Below, in pieces: positions 18,265 to 28,180 of a stretch of 64,000 nt of DNA (its first letter is position 1; the number at the start of each line of letters is the position of its first letter). Source of the stretch: Myxococcota bacterium. GTDB lineage: Bacteria; Myxococcota_A; UBA9160; JAFDDA01. The translations under genes and the position numbers were made by a program. A model generated the notes under the pieces. The model did not search any database. It was not told the origin of the DNA and saw only the letters and a list, made by a program, of their open reading frames with translations. The stretch is taken from the NCBI GenBank assembly GCA_965228475.1, contig OZ245817.1, positions 1,376,001-1,440,000 of the forward strand, in the 5' to 3' direction.

Positions 18265-21200
18265 ATGGTGCGTGCCGTCGCCATGTTGCAGCGCCTGGGG
18301 TTCGATCGGCACGAGAGCCGCGTGCTCGTGTGGGGAGCGATCACGCTCTTCCTCACGGGGTGGGCAGACGTTTCTCTGAAGAACGTCTCGGAAGCCTACT
18401 TCGTGAACAGCGTCGGACCCGAGCGGCTTCCCCTCGTGTTCCTCGCCAGTTCGGCCCTCCTGGTCGGGACGACGTGGGCTCTGGGCATCCTGATGGCTCG
18501 GAGCCAGCGGCTGCGTCTCCTGCCGCGCCTGCTCGGTGTGCTGGCCGTCGCGATCCTTCCCCTGTGGTGGCTGATCCTGAACCACGAGGGTGGAACGGAC
18601 CGCGAGATCAAGAGCGCCTACGGCCTGCTCCTGATCGCCTCGAAGCAGGTCCAGGCGCTGGCGCTCCTGTCGTTCTGGGCCGCCATCAACGATCTGGTGA
18701 ACGCCCGCCAGGCCAAGCGGGTGTTCGCTCCGCTGATGGCCGGCTGGACGCTGGGAACGATCCTCGGAAGCTTCGCATCGGATCCGCTCGCGGGCTGGCT
18801 GGGCGTTCCGGCGCTGGTCCCCGTCTCATCGGCAATGCTGATCCTCGCGGGCGTCGCGACCTATCCGCTCCGCCGCGGGCTGCCTACCCGGCTCCACGTC
18901 GGCACGCGACGACGCCTCCTCGACCTCGTGCGACCCAAGGAAGAGCGCTCGGTGTTCGGCGCGGGCGCGACGGGGTCGCCGGAGGCCGGAAGCGCCGAGG
19001 CCCCGGCGAGCGTGCGCGCGCTCTGGCGGGAGAGTGCCCTGTTCCGGCTGCTCTTCGTCACGGTGCTGCTGTCCGGGATGCTCGGCCCGATGCTCTATTT
19101 CCAGTTCCAGTGGGTCGCGGATGCGGCGACACCGGAAGGCGACGAGGGCCTGGAAGGCCTCCTCCATCTCTACTCGCTCTTCCGCGGCTGGGTGAACGTC
19201 GCCATCCTCGTCGCTCAGCTCACGGTCACCTCGACGCTCTACCGTCGTTTCGGAATCCCGCTGTCCGTCCTGATCTCGCCGCTCACCTATCTCGCCGGCT
19301 TCTTCGGGCTCTCCCGGAGCTTCGCGCTGCCGATGGGCATCGGTGCGATGTCGCTGACGAAGCTCCAGGACAACGCCGTCTTCGATCCGGCCTCCCGGGT
19401 GCTCTACAACCTCTTCCCGGACCGCCACCGGGCCCGTGCCGGGTCCTTCCTCGACGGCCCCGTGAAGCGGGGCGCCGGGGCGCTCGGCAACCTCGTGGTG
19501 ATCGTCGCACTCGAGGCCGCGTCCGTTGCCTACGTCGGCGTGGCCGGCATCGGCCTCGCGCTGATCTGGCTGCTCGCGGCGGTCGTGCTCTGGCAGACCT
19601 ATCCGCGCCTGCTGCTCGCGGCCGCGTCGAACCGCCGGACGTCGGGCGGCGAGTGGGAAGAGGGCATGCTCGACCCCTCGACGGTGCGCGCCCTGAACCC
19701 GCATCTGCTCGACCCCGACCCCGGGCGCTGTGCCCTGGCCATCGGCCTGCTCGAGGAGGCGCGCCCCGAGCTGGCGATCCCCGCGCTCGTGCACGCCTAC
19801 GGAGGGGCCCACGGGGCAACGCGCCCCCTCCTCCTCACGGCGCTCGAGGATGCGCTCGACAAGACGGTCACGACGCCGGTGCGCGACGCCGCGGCGGCCG
19901 CCGAGCTCGACCGGATTCTCGCCGAGACGCCGGATCTCCCGGCCCTCGACCGCTCCCGGCTCGTGCAGTGCTACGGCCGCGTGAGGCCGGAGGACGACCG
20001 CTCGCCGCTGCTCACCCACGCCCTCCACCACGAGGTCGCGAGCGTCCGCCTCGCCGCCGCGGGTGCCCTCGATCACGACGACCTCGACGACCGCCTGCGC
20101 GAGGCCGCGGCCAGCAGCGACCTCGCCGAACGCACCATCGCCCGCCGCGAGCTGCGCGCCGCGCTCCTGTGCGACGCCGAGGATCCGGCCTGGGAACAGC
20201 GGCTCGCGATGCTCGTCGCCATGCTCGACGACCCGGAGGAGCGCCGCCCCGCAGCGGAGGCCCTGGCCGACGTCGCGCGCCGCCACGGCGAGCGCGTCGT
20301 GCCGATCACCGAGGCCGTGCTCGAGCGGCGACACGAGACCGACGTCGCGACGCGCCGCGCGCTGCTGCGCTTCGCCGGCCACGCGGGCTGCGTCGAGCAC
20401 GCGGGCTGGCTGGTCGACCACCTCGCGTCGGACGACGAGTCCGAGGCCGATGCCGCCCGCGAAGGTCTGGTCGCCATGGGGGCCGGCATCACCGACATCC
20501 TGTTGAAGGAGGCGTCCCACGGCCGGCGCAGCAAGCGCGATGCGATCCTGCCGCTCCTGCGCGACCTCCACGTCGACCAGGACGAACTCTGGGAACTCTA
20601 CGAGCGCGAGCTCGCCGGCATCCGCAAGCTCATCGTCCAGCACCACGTGATGCGCGCGACGCCGGGCCTCGAGCTGCTCGAGCAGCGGCTCGACGAGCGC
20701 ATCGACGAAGGCCTGCACACGGCGCTCCTGCTGCTCGCCGGCCTGCGGGACCGGGACGAGTACGAGAGCCTCGCCGAGAGCCTCCCCGGCACGCCGAGCG
20801 GCCGGCGCCGGGCGACCCTGGTCGAGGTGCTCGAGGAGATCGCGACCGCCCGCGAAAAGACCGAGCTCCTGCCGTTGTTGGACGAGGATCTCGACAAGCG
20901 CTGCGCCCGGGCCGCCGGCGCGCTCGGCATCCTCGTCCCGAGCGACGAAGAGGTCCTCCAGCAGACCATGAAGAGCTCCGACGAGCTGACCCGCGTGCTG
21001 GTTGCCGGTTGCCTGCGGACGCTCGGCATGGGGCCCGTGCCCGGTGCGGCGCCCGGCGCAGTTCCATTGGCTCCCTCCGCCGATCTGGAGGAAACTGCGG
21101 ACGTGCTGAGCCCCACGGAGATCGCGCTGCAGCTCAAGGGTCTGCCCATGTTCGATGGGCTCACGACCCGGCAGCTCATGGACCTCGCCCAGGTGGTGAG

Positions 21201-21534
21201 CGAAGTGACCCATGCGCCCGACGCCACCGTCGTCAGCGAGGGCGGCATGAACGAGAGCATGTTCCTGATCGTGGACGGCAAGGTCGAGGTGCGGAAGCAG
21301 GGCCGGCGGGTCGCCGAGCTCGGCCCGGGCGAGTTCTTCGGGGAGATGTCGGTGCTCGAGCGCGCGCGCCCGAGCGCCGACGTGATCACCACGGAGACGG
21401 CGCGCCTGCTCTGCCTTCAGCGCGCGGATCTCTTCCGCCTGATGGAAGAGTTCCCGACCATCCCGATCATCATGTGCCAGACGCTCTCGCGCCGGATGCG
21501 CGAGCTGCTCGAGACGCGCTCCGAGCCTGCCTAG
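18265..21534 (+). CDS. NTT-like MFS transporter fused to HEAT repeats and a cNMP-binding domain
   Basis: About 12 N-terminal TM helices with RQAKRVFAP. A helical HEAT-like middle region follows, then C-terminal MFLIVDGKVEV...GEFFGEMSVL...RPSADV (cNMP fold). Confidence 0.8.
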   Translation: MVRAVAMLQRLGFDRHESRVLVWGAITLFLTGWADVSLKNVSEAYFVNSVGPERLPLVFLASSALLVGTTWALGILMARSQRLRLLPRLLGVLAVAILPLWWLILNHEGGTDREIKSAYGLLLIASKQVQALALLSFWAAINDLVNARQAKRVFAPLMAGWTLGTILGSFASDPLAGWLGVPALVPVSSAMLILAGVATYPLRRGLPTRLHVGTRRRLLDLVRPKEERSVFGAGATGSPEAGSAEAPASVRALWRESALFRLLFVTVLLSGMLGPMLYFQFQWVADAATPEGDEGLEGLLHLYSLFRGWVNVAILVAQLTVTSTLYRRFGIPLSVLISPLTYLAGFFGLSRSFALPMGIGAMSLTKLQDNAVFDPASRVLYNLFPDRHRARAGSFLDGPVKRGAGALGNLVVIVALEAASVAYVGVAGIGLALIWLLAAVVLWQTYPRLLLAAASNRRTSGGEWEEGMLDPSTVRALNPHLLDPDPGRCALAIGLLEEARPELAIPALVHAYGGAHGATRPLLLTALEDALDKTVTTPVRDAAAAAELDRILAETPDLPALDRSRLVQCYGRVRPEDDRSPLLTHALHHEVASVRLAAAGALDHDDLDDRLREAAASSDLAERTIARRELRAALLCDAEDPAWEQRLAMLVAMLDDPEERRPAAEALADVARRHGERVVPITEAVLERRHETDVATRRALLRFAGHAGCVEHAGWLVDHLASDDESEADAAREGLVAMGAGITDILLKEASHGRRSKRDAILPLLRDLHVDQDELWELYERELAGIRKLIVQHHVMRATPGLELLEQRLDERIDEGLHTALLLLAGLRDRDEYESLAESLPGTPSGRRRATLVEVLEEIATAREKTELLPLLDEDLDKRCARAAGALGILVPSDEEVLQQTMKSSDELTRVLVAGCLRTLGMGPVPGAAPGAVPLAPSADLEETADVLSPTEIALQLKGLPMFDGLTTRQLMDLAQVVSEVTHAPDATVVSEGGMNESMFLIVDGKVEVRKQGRRVAELGPGEFFGEMSVLERARPSADVITTETARLLCLQRADLFRLMEEFPTIPIIMCQTLSRRMRELLETRSEPA

Positions 21535-21569
21535 GGCCCGAAGCGCGTCTCGCAAACCGTGGCCATCGC

Positions 21570-22409
21570 TTAGTTGAGATTGATGACGGTGCCGGAACCG
21601 GTGTTACCACCCGGCGCGGGCGGGTCCGGATCGACGGTCGGGTCCACCGGGTCGAACTCCGGAATGAACGGATCCTCGAGCTCGTCGTCGTCGTACGGCT
21701 CGCCCGGATCGTTCCCCGGGTCGGTCGGATCGTTGCCGGTCGTCGAGGAAGAGTCCCCGCCGCCCGCCACGTCGTCGTCGAGGGGCTGATCGAAGTCGTC
21801 GCCGTTGCCGGCCTGGAAGGGGTCGGCCGGATTCCGGAACGGGTCGCCCGGCGCCTTGTCGCCGTAGGCGACGACGCAGAAGCCCGGGCGCGGCTCGGCG
21901 GTCCCGTACTCGTTCTTGACGACGATGCCGCCCGAGATCAGGCAGGCTTCCCACTCGCCGCTCGTGCTGCCCTTGCGCACCTCGAAGTCCGTGCCCTTCA
22001 CGCCGACGGCGGCGGTCGGGGTGTGCACCTCGATCTTGGTGCTTCCGCCGAAGGCGTCGCCCACGGTCGCGCGCAGGCGGCCCCGCACCTGACGCAGGAT
22101 CGAGACTTCCTTCGTGGCGGCGGCGCCGACGTGGAAGGTCTCGATGCGAAGCTCGGTGTCTTCGTCGATCTGGAGCAGGGTGTCGTCGGTGAGGACGATC
22201 TTGGCGCTCGAGTCGAGGCCCGTGCGGATCCGGTCGCCGATCGCGACGGAGCCGTCGCGCTGGGCGGCGGCGAACACGCCGGTGCCGTTGTCGATCTGGA
22301 CGTCGCCGTTGGCGGCGGCGAGGAAGCCGATGTCCTTCGCCGAGGCCAGGCCCGAGAGGCCGAGGGCCGCGGCGGCGATGAGGCTCGTAGCGAGAGAGTT
22401 GCGACGCAC
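21570..22409 (-). CDS. Secreted FecR-domain protein with acidic Pro-rich tail
   Basis: GTG at 22409 with GGAGGA SD; signal peptide; GDRIRTG, TPTAAVGVKGTDF; D/P-rich C-terminus. Confidence 0.8.
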   Translation of the reverse strand: MRRNSLATSLIAAAALGLSGLASAKDIGFLAAANGDVQIDNGTGVFAAAQRDGSVAIGDRIRTGLDSSAKIVLTDDTLLQIDEDTELRIETFHVGAAATKEVSILRQVRGRLRATVGDAFGGSTKIEVHTPTAAVGVKGTDFEVRKGSTSGEWEACLISGGIVVKNEYGTAEPRPGFCVVAYGDKAPGDPFRNPADPFQAGNGDDFDQPLDDDVAGGGDSSSTTGNDPTDPGNDPGEPYDDDELEDPFIPEFDPVDPTVDPDPPAPGGNTGSGTVINLN

Positions 22410-22574
22410 GATGGTTCCTCCGGTCCGGCCTTCCTGGGCCGGGATGCTCACTCCGGCACGATCCATTGCCGGGTCTGTCGTTCGTGCACGTCCGACGCCG
22501 CGGGGTGTCACGAATTCAGGAAAGGGCCGATCCGTTGGCGTTTCGCCCCGGCAGGCCACCCGCAGCCGGCCTGC

Positions 22575-23870
22575 TCAAACGGCCGAGATCTTAGGGAAAT
22601 TCCGCCCGATGGCGAAGATGAGGCCCATCAGCCGCACCATCTCGGCGTTCAGGATGGGTTTCCCGCTCGTCAGGACCGCGGCGGAGAGGTCCCGCTCGGG
22701 GTCGGCCCAGGAGAAGATGTTCGTGTAGCCGAGGTGGCCGAAGGCGTGGGGCGTGTCCCAGCCGAACAAGGAGACCGGCCACTGCCCGAGCATGAAGCCG
22801 AGGCCGTACCGGATGGGGGCGCCGAGGGTGAGGTCGAGCTCCCAGTAGCTCTGCTCGACCGTCGCGCGGTGCACGGTGCGCGGTTCGAAGATGGACTGGC
22901 CGCGGAACTGCCCTTCGTCGAGCAGGCATTGGTAGAAGGCCGAGAGCTCCTCGGCCGTCGCCACGCCGTTGGCGGCCGGGGCGATGCCAGCGAGGAAGCG
23001 CGGGTCCGAGGCCATGGGGATCACGTCCTCGTAGCCGACGCCGAGCGCGCGGCGCAGGAGCTGGGCCACCGGCGGGCCGGGCGGGAGGCCGGTGACGGCG
23101 TCCTCCGCGAGCTTGGGCGCGTCCTCGGGTGAGCAGCCGTAGTTCAGGAAACGCAGGCCGAGGGGGTCGCCGATCTCCTTGCGCAGCACTTCGCGGATGT
23201 CCTGCCCCGTCGCGCGCCGCACCACCTCTCCGAGAACGAATCCGCCGGTCACGGCGTGGTAGGCGAGGCGCCGCCCGGGCCGCATCAAGAGCGGCATCTC
23301 GGCGATCAGGGCGAGGATCTCCTCGGGCCGTTCGAGCAGCTCGAGATCCATCGCTCCGGGAGGAACGTTGGCGATGCCCGCCCGGTGCGCGAGCACGTGG
23401 GCCAGCGTGATCAGCTCCTTGTCCGGGCGCCGGAACTCCGGGAGGTAGTCGCAGACGCGGTCGTCGATGTGGAGCACGCCCTGGTCGTCGAGCTTGTGCA
23501 GGATCATGGCCGTGATGGCCTTGCTCGCGGAGTAGATGCGGAAGGGCGTGTCGGTCGTGGCCGGGATGCGCTCGGCGTCCGGGGCCGCGTCCGGCGTGCC
23601 TCCGCGCGCGTAGCCGAGGGCGCGGTTCAGGACGATCGCGCCGCGGCGCCGGATGCAGATCTGCACGGCCGGGTAGAGCCCCGTCCGGTAGAGGTCCCGC
23701 GCCGCGTCGAAGACGGACTCGACGGCGTGCTTGCTCGTTCCGCCGTCCGAGGGCGCGGACTCCGGCCCGATGCTCGTGACCGCGTCGAGGTCCGAGGGGA
23801 TGCGACAGAGCCGCTTGAAGGGGCGCGTCGGAAGGGTGGCGGCGCGGAGCGCTGCGTCGGTCCAGTCCAT
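22575..23870 (-). CDS. Class C beta-lactamase-family esterase (LipE-like)
   Basis: IYSASK, LAHRAG, YHA, FGHLG. Confidence 0.85.
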   Translation of the reverse strand: MDWTDAALRAATLPTRPFKRLCRIPSDLDAVTSIGPESAPSDGGTSKHAVESVFDAARDLYRTGLYPAVQICIRRRGAIVLNRALGYARGGTPDAAPDAERIPATTDTPFRIYSASKAITAMILHKLDDQGVLHIDDRVCDYLPEFRRPDKELITLAHVLAHRAGIANVPPGAMDLELLERPEEILALIAEMPLLMRPGRRLAYHAVTGGFVLGEVVRRATGQDIREVLRKEIGDPLGLRFLNYGCSPEDAPKLAEDAVTGLPPGPPVAQLLRRALGVGYEDVIPMASDPRFLAGIAPAANGVATAEELSAFYQCLLDEGQFRGQSIFEPRTVHRATVEQSYWELDLTLGAPIRYGLGFMLGQWPVSLFGWDTPHAFGHLGYTNIFSWADPERDLSAAVLTSGKPILNAEMVRLMGLIFAIGRNFPKISAV

Positions 23871-23928
23871 GGCGCGAGGATACGCCAGCGGGCGCCGGCC
23901 GGCCCAGGCGGGCCGAAGGGCGGGGCGG

Positions 23929-24624
23929 CTAGCGCGCGAGCAGCGGCTGCCAGGCGCTTCGCACGGCGTCCCGGCCGCCCGCCGCGCAGACCTCGCCGTG
24001 GGTCACGACGACCCGGTCGAAGTCCCAGCGGAGGATCGTTTCGAGGCTCGTCCGGAGTGCGGACCGGTCTCGCACGAGGGAGCGGATCAGCCGTGAGGTG
24101 CGGACGCCGCCCGCGAGACCCATCCCCCGTACGAAGAGCTTCGTCAGGAAACCGCCCGGGAGCTCGGGGAAGTTCATCGCGAGGTCCGTGAGCAGGAGGG
24201 TGCGGCTCGGGCGGTGGAGGAACACCGCCTCGTTCACGTGGGGGATGCCGCCGACGAGGGTCTGGTCGAGCGTGTCGGCCCAGTCCGGCGGCGGGTCGGC
24301 GGTGAGCGTCCGGTGGAAGACGAGGTCCCGCCGCTTCTCGGCCAGGCCCGGCGCGCCGTAGAGCGTGGCGTCCGGGAAGCGCTCGGTCCAGGGCGCGAGC
24401 CAGAGGTGATGGACCTTGTTCGGCGCGACGAGGAACGCCGTCGGGCCGAGGGCGCCGAGCTCCTCGGCGAGGGCCTCGTCGAAGGGGATCGGGGAGTGCA
24501 GGAAGAGGCCGCCGCCCGGCAGCACGACCACGGTCATGCGTGTGCCGATCTCGACGCCCGCGATGCGGCGCGGCCCGTCGACGAGGTAGAGGCCCTCGGC
24601 CAGCGCTTCGAGGCGCGGGCCCAT
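23929..24624 (-). CDS. DUF4336 family protein (MBL-like fold)
   Basis: RMTVV..L..GGLFLHSP, APNKVHHLW, EAVFLHRPSRTLLLTD, WDFDRVVVTHG. Confidence 0.8.
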   Translation of the reverse strand: MGPRLEALAEGLYLVDGPRRIAGVEIGTRMTVVVLPGGGLFLHSPIPFDEALAEELGALGPTAFLVAPNKVHHLWLAPWTERFPDATLYGAPGLAEKRRDLVFHRTLTADPPPDWADTLDQTLVGGIPHVNEAVFLHRPSRTLLLTDLAMNFPELPGGFLTKLFVRGMGLAGGVRTSRLIRSLVRDRSALRTSLETILRWDFDRVVVTHGEVCAAGGRDAVRSAWQPLLAR

Positions 24625-24627
24625 CGC

Positions 24628-25419
24628 CTAGCGGTCTCGGAAGTCGGGTTTGCGCTTCTCGAGGAAGGCGCGCAGGCCCTCCTGCGCGTCCTCGGTCTGG
24701 GAGGCGGCCGCCATGACCTCGCCGGCGTGGTCGTAGGCGGCGCGGGTGTCGAGGTCGATCTGGCGATAGAAGGCGCGTTTTCCTGTCGCCTTCGCGAGCC
24801 GGCTGCCGCGGGTGGCCCGGGCGAGCAGGGCGCGCGTCTCCCGCGCCACCTCGCCGTCCTCCACCACGCGGTTCACGAGGCCCCAGGCGTGGGCGGTCTC
24901 GGCGTCGATCGGGTCGCCGGTGAGGAGCATCTCGAGGGCGTGCTTGCGCCCGACGGCCCGGGCGAGGGCGACGCCGGGCGTGGTGCAGAACCAGCCGCCG
25001 CGGCCGCCCGGCACCGCGAAGCGCGAACTCCGGCCGCAGACGGCGAGGTCGCAGGTCGAGACGAGCTGGCAGCCGGCGGCGGTGGCGAGGCCTTCGACCT
25101 GGGCGATCACGGGTTGGGGCATCGACTGCACGAGCTGCATCATCTCGGCGCAGACGTCGAGCAGGCGCTGCATCTCGGGGAGCTTCCGCCCGTCCATGTC
25201 CGCGAAGTCGTGGCCGGCCGAGAACACCGGGCCTTCGGCAGCGACGACGAGGCCGCGCGCATCGCCCCCGGCGACTTCGCGCAGGGCCGCGAGGATCTCC
25301 CGGATCACGCTCTCGGCCAGGGCGTTGCGTCGCTCGGGGTTCGCCAGGGTGAGGACGGCGAAGTCGTCCTCGCGGGTCAGGCGGATGCTCTCGAAGCTCA
25401 TGCCGGTCTCCTCGCTCAT
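24628..25419 (-). CDS. Enoyl-CoA hydratase/isomerase family protein
   Basis: RNAL, FSAGHD, ATAAGCQLV..CDL, EMLLTG. Confidence 0.9.
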   Translation of the reverse strand: MSEETGMSFESIRLTREDDFAVLTLANPERRNALAESVIREILAALREVAGGDARGLVVAAEGPVFSAGHDFADMDGRKLPEMQRLLDVCAEMMQLVQSMPQPVIAQVEGLATAAGCQLVSTCDLAVCGRSSRFAVPGGRGGWFCTTPGVALARAVGRKHALEMLLTGDPIDAETAHAWGLVNRVVEDGEVARETRALLARATRGSRLAKATGKRAFYRQIDLDTRAAYDHAGEVMAAASQTEDAQEGLRAFLEKRKPDFRDR

Positions 25420-25444
25420 GCCGGTGTCTTCGGGTTCGCCGGGG

Positions 25445-26941
25445 CTACGGGCGCTCGGCGGCGAGCAGGTGGACGGCCAGGTCCCTGCGCTCTTCCGCGT
25501 CGAGCGGGAAGACCGGCATCGGCGGCGGCGGGGTCGCGAGCAGGCTCGCCAGGGCGTCGACGTCGAAGCGCGCGGCGAGGCCCACGAGCGGCTTCACGAC
25601 CACGCCCTCGGCCGCCTGCGAATCGACGTGGCAGCTCCCGCACGCGTGTTCGTCGAACAGGGCCCGGCCGCGCTCGGCGCGGGCCGCTCGCTCCTCGGCC
25701 GGGAGGCCCGCGAGCGGGTCGCTCCCGCGCACGGTCGCCGCCGCCGCGCCCCCGGCGCGGCGCCCGGCCTCGCCGTAGGCGATCCGGTAGATGGCGCCCG
25801 CGTAGTCGTCCGAGACGTAGAAGGCGCCGTCCGGCCCCTCGGCCACGTCGACGGGCCGGCCGATCACGTCCTCGTCGCGCTCGAAGCCGACGGCGAAGTC
25901 CCGCTCCTCGATCCCGTCGGGCGTCCAGTGCAGGGAGACGACGCTGTAGCCGTCCTTGCTCGTGCGATTCCAGGAGCCGTGCAGGGCGACCAGCGCGGCC
26001 CCGCGGTACTCGGCCGGCACGGCGGACCCGCGAACGAAGGTCATGCCGAGCGGCGCGTTGTGGGCGCGGAACCCGTGGGCGGGCGAGACCACGGCGGCGG
26101 GCCGGTCCGGGTGCTCGCCGAAGTCCGGGTCGGTGACGCCGTCGCCGTTCACGAAGGGCCAGCCGTAGTGCTGGCCGCGCTCGACGCGGTTCAGCTCGCA
26201 GGGCGGGAAGTCGTCGCCGAGCAGATCGCGGCCGTTGTCCGTGGCGTAGAGCGCGCCCGTCCCCGGCTGCCAGTCGAAGCCCGCCGAGTTGCGCAGGCCG
26301 CTCGCGTAGATCTCGGCCCCGCTGCCGTCGGCCTCGAAGCGCAGCATGGCCGCACGCCGCGGGTCTTCCTCGATGCAGACGTTGCAGTCCGAGCCGACGG
26401 AGACGTAGAGCCCGCCGTCGGGCCCGATCCGGACGGTCCGGGTCCAGTGGTTTCCGGCCGCGGGGAGGTCCGGCACCAGGATCTCGAGGGCTCCCGTGGC
26501 CTGGCCGGTCTCGGCATCGAAGCGGACGCGGGAGACGGCGCCGGTCTCGCCGACGTAGAGCCAGCCCTCGTGGAGGTCGAGCCCGTGGGGCCGGTCGAGG
26601 CCCTCGAGCACCGGGGCGCGGCCATCGCTTCGGCCGTCGCCATCGCGGTCCGGGGAGAGCCGGACGATCTCGCCGGCACGCGGCCGGCTCGCCAGCAGGT
26701 CGCCGCTTTCGGTGAAGCGGAGGAACCGGACGCCCGGCAGGCCCTCGGCGAAGACCGAGAGCGAGAAGCCGGGCGGAAGCTCGATCCGCTGGGCAAGAAG
26801 GGAGGCCTCGGCGGGCGGCCCGGCCCGGCCGAACAGGAGCTGACCGAGCGGGGCGTTCACTGCGTACTTCTCGGGCAGGAGGGCACACGCGAAGACGAAC
26901 GCTGCCCCCACCGCCGCGACCCCGATCGCCAATCGTTTCAA
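25445..26941 (-). CDS. PQQ-dependent sugar/sorbosone dehydrogenase-like beta-propeller with C-terminal cytochrome c
   Basis: TTG at 26941 with [46 protein letters not shown] haem motif. Confidence 0.85.
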   Translation of the reverse strand: MKRLAIGVAAVGAAFVFACALLPEKYAVNAPLGQLLFGRAGPPAEASLLAQRIELPPGFSLSVFAEGLPGVRFLRFTESGDLLASRPRAGEIVRLSPDRDGDGRSDGRAPVLEGLDRPHGLDLHEGWLYVGETGAVSRVRFDAETGQATGALEILVPDLPAAGNHWTRTVRIGPDGGLYVSVGSDCNVCIEEDPRRAAMLRFEADGSGAEIYASGLRNSAGFDWQPGTGALYATDNGRDLLGDDFPPCELNRVERGQHYGWPFVNGDGVTDPDFGEHPDRPAAVVSPAHGFRAHNAPLGMTFVRGSAVPAEYRGAALVALHGSWNRTSKDGYSVVSLHWTPDGIEERDFAVGFERDEDVIGRPVDVAEGPDGAFYVSDDYAGAIYRIAYGEAGRRAGGAAAATVRGSDPLAGLPAEERAARAERGRALFDEHACGSCHVDSQAAEGVVVKPLVGLAARFDVDALASLLATPPPPMPVFPLDAEERRDLAVHLLAAERP

Positions 26942-27100
26942 GCCAGCCCCTCCGGCGCTCTCGAGACCGGAGGATCCTATCCCAGCCGGCCCAGCTGGCC
27001 GCCCGAAAGGCGAAGGCCCCGCGGGGAGATCCGCCTCCAGGGGTTGACGGGACGCGCCGTCTGGCGCACACCTACTCCCCTTCCCAACGGGGTGTTTTTC

Positions 27101-27427
27101 ATGGGCTTTCGAATTCGCAAGGGCGACCTGGTGGCCGTCACCACGGGCGCGGACAAGGGCAAGCAGGGGCGCGTGATCGCGGTCGATCCGGAGCGCGGCG
27201 TGCGCGTCGAACAGGTCCGCCTGCAGAAGCGCCACCTCAAGGCCGGCCGCGCGGCCGCGAAGACCGGCGGCATCGTCGAGCAGGAAGGCTACATCCACGC
27301 CTCGAACGTCATGCTCGTCGATCCCTCGACGAACCAGCCGAGCCGCGTGCGCATGGAAACGCGCGACGGCCAGCGCGTGCGCGTGTTCGCCAAGAGCGGC
27401 GAGCCGGTGCCCGGGGCGGGGAGCTAG
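27101..27427 (+). CDS. rplX: 50S ribosomal protein L24
   Basis: [21 protein letters not shown] (KOW), [15 protein letters not shown]. Confidence 0.93.
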   Translation: MGFRIRKGDLVAVTTGADKGKQGRVIAVDPERGVRVEQVRLQKRHLKAGRAAAKTGGIVEQEGYIHASNVMLVDPSTNQPSRVRMETRDGQRVRVFAKSGEPVPGAGS

Positions 27428-27429
27428 TC

Positions 27430-27600
27430 ATGGCGAAGAAGGGCAAGCGCGAGAAGATCAAGCTCGAGTCCTCGGCGGGGACCGGCCACTTCTACACGAC
27501 CATCAAGAACAAGCAGAACACGCCCGGCAAGGTCGAGCTGAAGAAGTACGATCCCGTCGTGCGCAAGCACGTCGCCTACAAAGAAACCAAGCTCAAGTAG
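27430..27600 (+). CDS. rpmG: 50S ribosomal protein L33 (Cys-free type)
   Basis: Manual translation: [56 protein letters not shown] (56 aa, shorter than any ORF in the track). Confidence 0.95.
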   Translation: MAKKGKREKIKLESSAGTGHFYTTIKNKQNTPGKVELKKYDPVVRKHVAYKETKLK

Positions 27601-27685
27601 CACCCGCGAGCTTTCACCGGAGCGCGCGACGGCGGCGCTTCGACCGAACGAAACCCTGCTCCAGTAGCGCCCCGAAGGAAGACGA

Positions 27686-28036
27686 ATGGCCTGGGTCATC
27701 ACGAAGCTTTGCATTGATTGCGTGGACCAGAGCTGCGTCGAGGTTTGCCCCGTCGACTGCATCTACGAGTACACCGGTGACGACAAGGGGAGCTTCCCGA
27801 ACCAGCTCTTCATCGACCCGGAAGAGTGCATCAACTGCGGCGTGTGCGAGCCCGAGTGCCCGTGGGAAGCGATCTTCGAGGACGAGCAGGTGCCGGACGT
27901 GTTCCAGGCGGACATCCAGGTGAACGCCGGCATCGCCGAGCAGGCGGATGACCGGGCGGTTCCCGAGAAGGAAGACAAGCCGCGGCCGGCGCCGGAGGAG
28001 ATCGAGAAGAACAAGGCGAAGTGGAACTACGCCTAG
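27686..28036 (+). CDS. Dicluster (7Fe/8Fe) ferredoxin, FdxA-like
   Basis: [18 protein letters not shown] and [12 protein letters not shown]. Confidence 0.92.
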   Translation: MAWVITKLCIDCVDQSCVEVCPVDCIYEYTGDDKGSFPNQLFIDPEECINCGVCEPECPWEAIFEDEQVPDVFQADIQVNAGIAEQADDRAVPEKEDKPRPAPEEIEKNKAKWNYA

Positions 28037-28054
28037 GTTCTTGATCGTTGCGCC

Positions 28055-28178
28055 GGTGGCCGGAGCCCGAGCGGGCTTTCGGCTCATGGCTCGCCCTGTC
28101 GAACATCCGAATCGTTTGCGATATCCGAGTGCGGGCTGCGCTTTACTTCGCCGAAAGCCCCCTCGGGCTCCGGCCACC
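28055..28178 (+). repeat. Structured dispersed element, copy 3
   Basis: 29-bp inverted repeat with 1 mismatch (28055-28083 / 28150-28178), same core, 36-nt loop at 28097-28132. Confidence 0.9.
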
Positions 28179-28180
28179 TT

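Noticed and set aside
18330..23132. 1600-aa plus-strand ORF and similar long R/G/P-rich ORFs (e.g. 13488..17876, 37934..41680)
   Set aside because: Off-frame or antisense shadows caused by GC3 bias.
27044..27075. sigma70 promoter upstream of rplX (TTGACG)
   Set aside because: Good -35 but no convincing -10 at proper spacing.
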